The position numbers were made by a program, and so were the translations under genes. The notes below the pieces were generated by a model. It saw nothing but the letters and a program-made list of their open reading frames with translations, was not told the origin of the DNA and searched no databases. This document shows positions 13,090-24,219 of a DNA stretch of 32,339 nucleotides, piece by piece. Where the stretch lies: contig JASJQH010000083.1 of the NCBI GenBank assembly GCA_040143965.1, positions 1 through 32,339 on the forward strand, written 5' to 3'. Each line of letters opens with the position of its first letter. Within the stretch, counting starts at the first letter, position 1. The stretch is from Basidiobolus ranarum (taxonomy: Eukaryota).

Positions 13090-13521
13090 ATGAAACCCTT
13101 TGGTCAACACTTACTATATTGATTTTTTTTGCTTTCATTAATCGATTGATTCCTGTCCCTTTTTCTCGACTGATTCGGATGCATTTGAAATATTTCTTTG
13201 TCTTCATTCTTTCACACTAATCTCATCTTAATGTTTATTCTTTAATATCACTCCATAAACACTTCACCACATTGGTTCATTCTCATGCTTGTTTCATATA
13301 TCTACCGTATAAAGTCAAATGCTTTGAAAATTAATGAGGACTGCAGCACTATGCAGCCATTATGCTTCCTATTTTATTAGTTGATGTTTTTATGTACATT
13401 AGGAATCAAGGTGTTCAATTGCCGTAGACAGGGTTGTTGGTCAACTGTCTGATAATCGCTCGGCATTGGCGGGCCATTCTTTGGTGATAGGCTACTTGGT
13501 CCAGGTTTACAGGCTGACCGT

Positions 13522-14666
13522 TTACAATAGGTTGTTGACCAGCGGTAAAGTAGCTGAAGACACTTCCATTGTCAAAGTATTGGCCATTTTGAGATTGTAC
13601 AGGAGTGAGTTGTTCAGACATTCTAGAGTGTCCGGAAAATGAGTGGAATCAGGACTGACTAAAGTTAGAGGTTGAATATTCGAAGATAAAGATGTTTCTG
13701 TATGCATCTTTATGTCCCTAGTAGAGATCATGTGGGGTTTTTTGGGAAGGGATGAGTTGGGGATTGGGGAAGAAGGTGAAGACATAGTAGCAATGGAGTG
13801 ACGACGATCTCTTGACCATTGATCTGAAGCACCTGCGGGCTCAGTCTGTCGGTATTCCTGATCCCACGAACGCTTGCGAGAAAGTACTTCTTCAATACAA
13901 GTGGAGTCCGATAAACCATTGATCATACGATGGCTTCCCCAAGTATCCTGAGACATACACACTCCAGATTCAATACTCTCGTTGGAAACTAAATGAAACG
14001 AGTCTACTTTAGTTGAGGAAAGTCGTTGATCGGCCAATTTTTGTGCCAACTTCTCCATCCCTTGGAGCTCATCTTGGTAGTCGGTCATATTCTTTTTATG
14101 ATAAAGACAAGTGGAATACATATCTGGCCGATAAGTGTCACAGTATTCTCCACGTTTGGGATTTTTCTGGACGGCTAAAGGAGTTGAATTGTACAGTACG
14201 TGTAGAGGATCAGGCTGTTCGAACTTTAGGTCCAACATAATAGGTGGCAATCTCAAATTACTATCTAAATCCAATGGATGTCGAAAGTGTTCTTCATCAG
14301 AATCGGAGCTGCCAGAGCGTTCATAGAAGGATGTGCATTTGGGCAGTTGTAGTTTAGACTTGATAGAACAAGCCGAGTATCGTTCGGAAAAGTCTGACCT
14401 TCTTGCCAAGTAATCTGATAGAGGTGGTAGTGAAGGCAGTTCGCTAATTTCTCTAGTTGAAAAAGGATCGCAATCTATAGGAGGGAGAGGCACGTCATGG
14501 TGAGATCTATTGAACTTCCCACCATCCAATCTTTCTATAGGAGGGAGATTGACACGAGGCGGGTCATCATCACCTTTGTAAATTACAGAGGATTGTTAAG
14601 GTGTGTTGAAAATGGGAAAAAGAAGTGATTTATCGTACCATAGCTGGAATTTCTCCAAGAGGACAT
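13522..14666 (-). CDS. Disordered Ser/Pro-rich putative regulatory protein with repeated LPxI/L motifs, ~359 aa; C-terminus may lie in an overlapping frame ending at 13415
   Basis: Exon 1 14666-14639 (MSSWRNSSYG), intron GTACGA..AAG, and exon 2 from 14573 in frame with the 335-aa ORF. TATA (CTATATAA on the minus strand) at ~14729-14736. No globular domain recognised. Confidence 0.75.
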
Positions 14667-17600
14667 TAGGTGTTTGGTGATAGCTTTGTTGGAAATGAGA
14701 GGTAATATACAAAACAATACACTAGAAATTATATAGCAGGACTACGCTTTCTTAGATAGAAAGTGGACTTTGAGTTCTCTGATAGTACAGATCAGTGTGT
14801 AGTAGTGGAATTAAGTAACAGATGAAGGTAAATTTAAAAAAATCAAAAAGGACCGGGGATGTCACAGGCTCATGTCGCGGATCGCCCTTTATAAAATACT
14901 CGGACGCAAGGGTACTTGGAGGGAATTGGTTCATTATGTAACCGGGGTTAATCCAATACAGATATGAAGAGAAATGCTTATTGTAATGTAAGCGGATCAT
15001 TCCAATGGCAGTAACCTAGATTCGGAATATCTATTGTTTAGGCAATCTAGCAACTGACTAGCCCAGGTTTACTTGGTTTAAGGGGCCAGCAAAAGAGACG
15101 GAGGACAGGAAAGTCAAAAATTGGTCAAACAAACTTGGCTCGGGTGCAAGGTTTACAGAGCCTACTGAAAATAGAAATAATAAATACGAGCAACCATTGA
15201 ACTTGTTTGGATCTTTTTGCACCAGCTTGAGTGATCAATTATCCCTCAAGCTACTGTATGCAGCGTTTCCACTTGGCAAGGTAACGAGATCAGCCGGGCA
15301 GCAAATAGAAACACGTTTGACGATACCAATGTGGAGTTCAATCATTATGTGGGTTTATGAAGTTGTAACACTCAGGGCCCACATAAGGATAATAATCCAT
15401 TCATTCTAGTTCACATGTTGCTCTCATAGACCATTTCTGTCTCCACCCTGGCTAAATCAACAGCTGAGATAGGAGTGTGACTGCATCGCCCACCATACAC
15501 CAATAAATATCTAGTGGTACAGAGCAATCAATCGAAAGAAGTAATCGCGAACAACAACTATGGCCACACGGCTGATTAGCAGACCTTGGAACATGTGTGC
15601 ATTGGTCTACTCACATATGTATTCACAATCACTTGATATGTTCAGAGGGACTTTGCAATTCAACCAAGTGTGGGCAAACGCTATGGGAGTCTACAAGATC
15701 CATCAAAGTGTATCGTTATCGTTAGGCCTGGGGGCCAATTAGTGGCAAACAAGTCTGTGGATGAATATTGGCGAGGAGTGTGAGAAATTATCATTTGGAT
15801 TGGAAGGTTCTATTTCCTAAGGATTATCCTAAACCTGTTCTCAGCTATCAATCCGAAAGTTGAGTCAGCATCTCAATTCAATGCTTTTTCTTGAGTGGTG
15901 ACCTCGCATTAAGATATTTCCTGTAGTATCGCAGCAAAACTCAAAGAATGGCTTTGAAACCATGGTAAATATAGTGATATACAGCTTTATACTGATCACA
16001 TGCAACACTCAAACTCCCACTTGTATTGTCTCATAAGTAGAGTTAAAATAGATGCTTGTCTGATATAGATTGAGGGTAATTTAGGGAGATTCCTATGGCT
16101 GCTCAAACATTGATCAGAGCTTGTTTGAACGAAGAAAATACCCCCAAATGAATGAAAGTGGGTTTATGAAAATTGAGAGTGTTAAGCATAAAGTTAGCGC
16201 GGGCAACAGTTGCTCTGAAAGATCGCTCGATCGCAACCGTTTGGCCATACCCAACCCCAAAATTCCTTCTGATGAATGTCACACAAACATACTTGAATAT
16301 GGTTCGTAGCCGAAGCCTGGACTAGGGTCAGTTCGAATGCAAGATGAGATTCGTCAAGAGAGGAATACTGATGATCAAACAAGGATGATTATCTACCATG
16401 GTTAGGCCGTAGCATTCTGCTGCCTTAGTTCATGACTCAGAAGACAGCATGCCAACTCTACGTAACCAAAAGTCTCGCTCATCTTTCATTATTGAAAAGT
16501 CTAAAGCAGTCTATATTTACTGAGATTTTATAAGTATCATTGGTCCAAACGCCAACACGCTATACAACAGAGTTGGAGAGGGCAAATTCGATTATATTAT
16601 GAATGTTTGTGAAAACCGAGCCTGAGTACCAAGGGGACCCTATTCCCCTCATCTACCCCACAAGTCTGACTATTGTATCATTCGTACGTGACATCGCCAA
16701 TACACTTATCTAGATATGTCGATTGTAGCCATCCCTGGTCCACAAGTTTGATGTAATTATTTATAAACTTTGGATTTATTACCCCTAGCTAACCGACCAA
16801 GAAGTGGAACTGTCAGTGTTGGTCACTGACTTTTGGTTCACAGCATACATCAGAGTTATGATGGAGAATCATGATCTGTGCATTAATGACTTGACAGAAA
16901 TGATTGGATTTTTCTTGTCCCACTTCACCGGAGCACTAGAAAAGGGCCGGCTTTCCTTCACCGAACCTATTTGGGAATTAAAATGCTCACCCTCCTCCAC
17001 TAATCATACACACTAGCCTAATTCAATATCAAATCTATTTGATCATAAATAAAAACACGTTTCTCCAATCACCATGGATGTTGATAATTTAGGTGTTGAA
17101 GAAACCGCTTTATTACTGGCTTGGATGTACTCTTATAATTGTAGAACACTGAAACAGATCAGCTCATTAGTGTCAAAAAGGAACTATTCTGATTGGTTTC
17201 CGACTACTATGACCGAATATTTCTATCAGCATGAGATCTCGTCCATCTACTAATGCGTCATTAAGCCCAAGTCCACTCATCCATACTCACATGTATTTTA
17301 CGTCAAATATATCCTGGCAACAACGCATAGTTAATAACGGTATATACTTCCTGTCTACCAGGGCGAACCTGTGTAGTTGCTTTTGCTTGTCAGAGCTTCC
17401 CTTCCAATCATGATCACTGTTGGGGCGTGAAGAGGTACCACCTCGTCTTGGAATACGTATGTGAATATATCAAGCTATCAGAACCTTCTATCATGCTACC
17501 AATAATAGGGAACCCTCACTAATCCACCTTGAGTTAAGACGACACTCGTTGGGAAAAGTTTAAATATAGATCTATTCCAAACTTAACAAGTTGCTGGACT

Positions 17601-18320
17601 AGGATTGTGATGAGTAGATTCAAGGATTGTTTGAGGTCATGCTGAAGGGCAATATTGAGCAAGTTTGAAAGATTCATAACATTACATTACAAGCTCTCTG
17701 CATTTTCTGACTATATTTATCAAATGGGCTGGCACATAAACTAGATGCTTAAGCCCCATCTCAGCTTAGTAAATATCCTAGTACTAGGTTTACCTTTCAT
17801 TTATCGCTAAAACACTAGCGATGAGCCTTCATATACTTTCGTATACATTCGAGCAGGTTGATAGGAATCTACGTGATTCTTGGAACATTGGGAGGCTAAT
17901 AATATCATCGTTGGCGTTAATGAGAGTAACTCAGATCATCTCCATAATTAAGTTGCTATCCAAACCCACTACCACATAAATCCGTGATGAACCATTTCAA
18001 GAGAATCATCATATTCCCCGGTAAAACTGCCCTGTTGGGTCCTCCAACTCCCTAGACCTAAAATAGAAGCATCGAAGGCTCAATGGCCTATTATTAAAAT
18101 GGTCATATTCATTCTTTTTGATCATGAGGTTTCTCATCATGTGAAGTTAAATATATGAAGAGGTATCACATGGGATAGTACATCCTGACAATATAAGCGA
18201 TGCTTAGGAAAGGTTTTCTTCTCTTATCGGGTTTCACCCAATTGAATGTTTATCTATACAGTTTAAAGGAATACACAGATGTAGGGTAGTAATGGTCTTA
18301 CAATCTATACTACTTTTTAT

Positions 18321-19145
18321 CTAACTACTGGTCTGTGTTGCTTCTAAAAGTGCTTTCCAATATACCTCATGAACGTACTCGAAATCGAATCTTCCGCCGA
18401 CATCCTTTTCTATGTAGTCCATGTCAAACTTGGCTTCCAATAGCTCAGCTTTCTTACGATCACCAAAGTTAATCTTGTTCCTTGTAACGGGGTCGATGAA
18501 TGGACTGACAAGCTTAAAGAAACCAGAAAAATACCATGGAGTATCTATCAAATACGCAAGACCAAGACGCTCAGGATAATGTGCATGAAGAATACCGAGT
18601 AGCTCAGCCGCTTGGGAAAGTGGGGGATTTTTGGACATGGAGGCACCTTTGTAGTCAATTAGTAAGCACACTTGTTCGCCGCCAGGAGGTAACAACTGAA
18701 GGGCTCTCTCCAAGGTAAAGACAGTAAATCGCAGTTGTCTTTCATAAGTTTTTGTATTTTGTCTTCCGGGACGTAAATACAATATAATTCTTCCCTCTCT
18801 ATCAAATCCGTTAATATAACTTTTACCAGTTTCGGACTCTTCCTCGATCTCAGCAGGTGGGATCTTATGTGGTTGATAAGTATGACGCCAAGTCAAAGTA
18901 TTTGCGATTTTTTTCTGTGCGTCAGCAAGGATCCATTTTGTTGCGCGTAAGTAACGTAGAAGGCAGGCATCAGTGAGAAACGATTTATCTTCTTCAGGTA
19001 CTGGAGAAGCCGAGATTAGTTCGGGGATTTTTGTACGAAATTCGTCGAGTTGCTTTTGCTGCGACTCACTTAGGGTGGCGGAAGCAGAAAGTTGTGAAGT
19101 AGGAGGTAAAGTAAAAATAGGAGTGTTGGGAGCTGAAAGAGCCAT
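18321..19145 (-). CDS. Sec14/CRAL-TRIO lipid-transfer protein (Pdr16/Sfh3-like), 274 aa, intronless
   Basis: LTDACLLRYLRATKW..TLTWR, ESETGK.YINGFDREGR.ILYLRP, HYPERLG, PWYFSGFFKLVSPFIDPVTRNKI. Confidence 0.93.
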   Translation of the reverse strand: MALSAPNTPIFTLPPTSQLSASATLSESQQKQLDEFRTKIPELISASPVPEEDKSFLTDACLLRYLRATKWILADAQKKIANTLTWRHTYQPHKIPPAEIEEESETGKSYINGFDREGRIILYLRPGRQNTKTYERQLRFTVFTLERALQLLPPGGEQVCLLIDYKGASMSKNPPLSQAAELLGILHAHYPERLGLAYLIDTPWYFSGFFKLVSPFIDPVTRNKINFGDRKKAELLEAKFDMDYIEKDVGGRFDFEYVHEVYWKALLEATQTSS

Positions 19146-19940
19146 ATTTTCTTTTATTTGAATGAGCCAGCAACAAAGGTCTAGAGCAAAGTGTAGTTAT
19201 AGAAGGAGCAGACGCAAGTACGGAGAGGATTGCGCTAACTCTTTAACTGAAAAAAATTAGGGAAACATCGCCATATTTGTTAATTCATCTCTCGGATTTT
19301 CGCGATATTTTGACAAGACTTCGGCTAATTTGTAATTTGATTTCTAATTATATCAAAATAATGGATGTCACCAATACAAAATACATGAGAATAGCAAAGA
19401 TCGACACATGTGTATTGATTTATTGACATTCTATTTGCTTTCGATTGAGTCAATAATTACCACATCCTGTGGAGTATCAACATCTCGTCATATTCTAAAT
19501 ATATTCAGCGTTGCGCCTATATCCATTTCCGACAAAAGATCCGAAATAGATCGGAATTTCATGTTGTCACGGAATTTCTTAAACCGGTAGAGTCATGGCA
19601 ATTTGTTGAGCAAGGCATCTAGAGATCCTTGTACGAATATATATAGTATATTTGAACAATGTTCACAATACCACCAGGGGTTATCGGGCCTTGGCTCAAT
19701 ATATTAGACAAGCGTTGATAAAAAATGATCAGAGCATCGGATAGCGGAAGGTTGACCCGCGTATTGTTTAGATTATGCTAGCCAACATATACGATACAAT
19801 CTGGCTCAATAAAACGGAACAAAACAAATAAAATTGAATGTGGCAAATCATGGATGTTTAATGAATGGACTATGCATGAGTGAAGGGATGAAGTAAATGT
19901 GAGCTGGTATATACATAAATGTTCATCCGGATTCCATCCT

Positions 19941-20845
19941 TCAGCCGCGGTACAATTCCGGAATAATTTCTTGGTTCTGAATAGATTTGACCAGGATCTC
20001 CTCTGCATGTTCCGGACGAACTCTGGCATACCAAATTCCAGCTTGAATACAGAGGTGTTAAAGAATTTAGTACTCGTTAAGAATGAATCAGCTGAAGAAG
20101 TATTACCTGGATATAATATAACGTTCGCTGCATACTTATGACCACCAATATGACTCACTAAGTTTACCTCTATCTGATCTTCTAGTCCTAGGGTTTTCTT
20201 AGCTTTCTCAAAAGCTTCTTTTAAAATAGGTGCAACTATACCACATCTAGCATCACGTTCCATGTGTCCACATATAAGGATCTGTGACTTCTTGAAAGGC
20301 TCAACCTTAATCCCAACGGAATTAAAGTCGATTGGCTCATCTAGCAATACATGGTTAACCAAGCTCGATATGTTATCCTCATTAACGTTCGAGCAGAGCC
20401 AGTTATTAGGATATACTACAAGTTGCGTAGAGTCAAGGGTGCTCTCTTCTGATTTGTCAGTTATGGGTCGATCCGTATTGCTATTAATGACTCTTAAAGT
20501 AGTGGGTTGCTTTTTACGAGCCTGAAGAGTGCTTCTCGATAGTAGACTTGTTAGAGTGTTGGGGATAAATTCCACTTTGGACGGCCACTTGGAATGACCA
20601 GTGGAAACCAAAAAATGGGCTGAATATGGAGATATATTAGGTAGAGGAGATTCAGTATCAATATCTAACCCTGGAGGGTATTCTATACTTTGGCAAGAGC
20701 ATTTATCACTACAGTCGTCTTTCTTAGTTTCATAGAACTCATTGAGAAAACTCAAGGGGCGTACTGATTGTTTTCCGTAAAGTATGGAAGTATTTTTCAG
20801 TAGAGAAAGTGGGAAGTTTCCACGCACAGCTTTTTTCCAAAGCAT
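19941..20845 (-). CDS. Apd1/Aim32-family sucrase/ferredoxin-like thioredoxin-fold [2Fe-2S] protein, ~279 aa, 2 exons
   Basis: Exons 20845-20107 and 20041-19941. Splicing the 65-nt intron restores the family C-terminus GIWYARVRPEH..ELYRG*. Ligand motifs are CGHMERDARC (C-x8-C) and SHIGGHKYAANV (H-x3-H). The basic N-terminus resembles a mitochondrial presequence. Confidence 0.9.
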
Positions 20846-21059
20846 TTTTGGCCAAATATTTGCGTTTGTTGTTAGCGAACAAGATTCCAAACTATATATT
20901 TTCCCTTCAGTTCATAATTTTCGTTGATTCATTATGATTAATGAATAATACACATGGCCGTTGAACAAACTGCTCACATTACATCAGCTTACCAAACATG
21001 GAAATACCAAAAGAGAAATTTGATCAAACCGCAATATGTGATTTAGTGTAAGTGATCTT

Positions 21060-22171
21060 GAGTGTGAACCTCACGCGGCGTTAAAAGAGCCGAGTATCAG
21101 CTTCGGCGATTTACCACGGATAGGCCACAGGCAGAATTCATGCTAGATTCGATCCGGTTGGGATTCGATGAAGGAGCTCAGGTATCGCCTTTCATGAAGG
21201 TAGTTCTTGTAAGCACGGAGAATTACGCGGACATATAGTAGCTACTGGAATCACCAACCATATATGTCTGGTATGACTGAAAAAACACTGCTTAAACAGG
21301 GCTAAAAAGTAATTGAGTATTGCGGATAAGCTCTGGGTTACTGAAATGAGGCTAACTACGATCCGTCCGAATCAATGGCAAGTTGCATGTTCAGGTTTAG
21401 CCCTAACCCTAATATAGGGATGAATTTAATTAATTCTATCAACGGCCACTTACAGAGGAAACAACCACTAGTTGCGAAGGAACACGGACAATCTTGTGGC
21501 CGAATGAAGAGTTTTCATCCGGCTCGTTTTGATGCTCGCAGTTATATGTATATGCAAATGAAGGATTTCGATTGTCTTGGCTCTCATTGAGCACAACATC
21601 ATAGTTAGGGACAGATCAAAGGCTGGGGGATTTTCTTTTTCAAAAGAAATCAACCTCTATGCCAGAAGTGCGACAGTTCACTCTGTATGGGAGTGTCGTT
21701 GAAAAGAGGTTTCAGATGAGAACCTCTGGCGAAACATGAGCAAAGCTTGCACCAGAGAGTGGGTGGGGTGTAGGGGCGGAATTTGGAGGGAGAGCCAATA
21801 GTTTGGGCTAGCGAATGGTGGCAATCCTTGAAGCAATCTGGCTTAAAGATAAATAGACTCTGACCAGCAGATTGGCTCAAACAACATCCAATCTAACTGT
21901 GTAGTCGTTTCTGGAGGGATGGGAGTTTGGCTTGGTATAGATGATGGCCATAATAAGTGCCCTATATAGTTGAAGAGCATTATATGCACGATAAACAAAA
22001 GAATGTCCATCTGAAGTAAGCCATAAAGGAAATCTACAAAAATTAAATCTCACACTTGACCGACCAAGACTCCCGAATGTAGTATTGAGGAAAGCTAAGA
22101 TAACAAGCAATGAATAATACCAGCACTCTGATTAGGTAAAGGCATTTTGTATGATCCTATTTTGAGCTGCT
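21060..22171 (+). ncRNA. Long structured non-coding RNA, candidate telomerase RNA (boundaries approximate)
   Basis: No credible ORF. Dense helices with G-U pairs that form only on the + strand: 21089-94/21102-07, 21168-74/21189-95, 21200-08/21218-26, 21228-37/21261-70 and 21308-18/21330-42. Further Watson-Crick stems: 21443-49/21496-502, 21792-99/21871-78 and 21921-36/22063-74. Also CCCTAACCCTAA at 21401-21412, a candidate pseudoknot at 21621-21708, and Sm-like ATTTTG next to 5' splice sites at 22144-22177. Confidence 0.5.
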
Positions 22172-22216
22172 GTAAGTAACATCAGGATTGACACGTACTC
22201 TCTAACGGCTGTTTAG
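22172..22216 (+). other. Orphan spliceosomal intron signature at the 3' end of the candidate ncRNA
   Basis: GTAAGT (22172-77), with an alternative donor GTATGA at 22149, branch point TCTAAC (22201-06) and acceptor TTTAG (22212-16). No + strand coding exons flank it. Confidence 0.5.
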
Positions 22217-24219
22217 CAAGGATTCTATACACCAGTTACTAAGCCAATAGTATCACTACAGCCTTGAGGATGCGAGTGTCTGGTCAGGACTCAAGATGCC
22301 GCACTAGCCTTTTAACAATGCTGATCAATGTTCAACATTCGCAGCAAGCTAGGATACAGTAATATTCCTCTGATTTTTTGCTGTGGCACTTCCCGGCTTT
22401 CACTGATAATGCCTCATTAGTTATTCCATTTCCGACGACACTTCTGACAACTTTGCCCTTCAGTCATCGTTCTTTTAGACTTGCTAGATTTGATGCTAAA
22501 TTTCCATAATCTTTTCCAATAACTAGCCATCTTTTTTTACTACTGTTCTCTTGGCTCCTTCAGTACTTGCTAGATAAGTTGATTTTCGAAGGTGGTTTGT
22601 ACATGAGTTCATCTTCAAAAACTAAACGTTTCCCTCCTTTTACTCCTGTTTTGGTAGAGTCCATCTTTTCAATTTTGGTAAACAGTCTTCCTAGTATTTG
22701 TTTAACATATGATTATGAAGTGACTATGAGCTAAAGATCCTAAAACCTTTATTATTTTACCACTCATCATTACTGAGATATATAAGTGACAAAATCCCAA
22801 TTATTCACTAAATAATATAAAACTCCCACCAAGGTTCTCTGGGTCATCACTGCATTTATATCTATAGTTGACTCCTATGAGCCTTAAATATTATTGAAAT
22901 GAATGTTAGTTTGTAGATTACTGCTTAATAGAACTATCTTTCCTTATAGTCGGCTTTGTAAGCCCTTCATATATGGGGCTCCTACAAAGTTAAACAAGAG
23001 CTGATATACAAATAACACTATGTTGGATAGATTACTTTGTGAGACAACGATATTTTTCCTTTATCATCATTCTCTATCCTTTCTTTGGCCGTGAAGTCAG
23101 AACTAGGGCTAGTGGTAAGAGGCGAGTAGGATTCTATGTAAATATCTACTGATTTAGTAATTAAGAGTAATTTTTGTAGTTGATACATTTGTATATTTCT
23201 CCCCAACAATTACGTTGCTCGAAGCGCCAGAAAGTTGAGGTGCTGACTATAGATTGTTTGTGAACAATCACATTGTTGCGAGAGATATATACGCTACTAG
23301 GCTTCTCTCATTCTCGTAAAAGGCTTCAAATTCAAGCTACTACTACGAACTTTTAATACATAGCACTGAAAATAGTGATGCTCTGCTGTTGGTTTTTTCG
23401 ATTTAATTCACGATTTTTACTTGAGTTGATTTCTGATTCCTGGGGACGTTCATTTCTAAAAATAGTGAGTCGAGCTAAATAAATAAATGACATTGTCAAT
23501 GAGCTCATTCGTAGGTCCAATGAAATGGTTATAGGCATCTAAAAAAGTCAATTTAATATTGGGATTTTCCAATAACGTTAGCAATTTGCCTTATTAACGC
23601 AACCCACTGTGTAGATAGGTGCCATCAATGCACACTTTTATCTTTTCATTTATCTCGCGAGAATACCCTATTTAATACTAGATTCACGATGATATCTCAT
23701 TTGTTTTGAGCGCTTACTCAAACTTAACAGTGGACGCTATTAAGACTTGCTAATGTAGAGCTCAATTTGAAATACCTCCTGCTCTACGGAATCCGGTGTA
23801 GTATAATCGTTAGGACTGAGTGCTGGCAGTACTTTGTTTACATTCTGGATTGTTTACCGAATTATCAATTAATCTTCATGGATTTTGTTGATGTTTATTT
23901 CCTTCATTTTTTTCTACTTGGAAAATGTATTTCAGTTGGTATTTGACAGTTCTTGACTTCGCTTTGTGTCCCATCTATCCCTCTTACCCCTTCTAAACAC
24001 TAATATCTGCGGAAAAGTAAAGGTTTTCCTGCTTATTCCTAAACCGTGAGTCATTTTTATCTAACCTCTCTAAGAATATAATTTTATATTTGATATACCT
24101 CATATACTAGTTGTAAAGAGTTCTGGAATTAAACACCTATTACATCTTCATTCGAACTTGTTATTTTTCAACCCCCTTCTAAAGCAAACTACTCAGTATA
24201 CTATTCTCGGTTATCAAAT

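Noticed and set aside
16295-16360. tRNA suggested by GTTCGAAT
   Set aside because: No T-stem, acceptor stem or anticodon arm can be formed.
19778-20106. C-terminal part of the 370-aa ORF
   Set aside because: Read-through of a 65-nt intron. The spliced frame gives the conserved Apd1/Aim32 end and stops at 19941.
21799-21810. TAGTTTGGGCTA as a CR4/5 P6.1 hairpin
   Set aside because: It resembles P6.1, but the loop size and position relative to flanking helices do not fit cleanly, so it is not used as evidence.
21375-22110. Short ORFs on both strands within the structured region
   Set aside because: 61-77 aa, no domain features, several with non-ATG starts, and no consistent exon chain.
21060-22171. 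RNase P/MRP, SRP, snRNA or tRNA identity for the structured RNA
   Set aside because: I could not find their conserved signature motifs (P4 halves, SRP helix 8, U1/U2 5' ends, cloverleaf) by eye. An Rfam scan is still needed.
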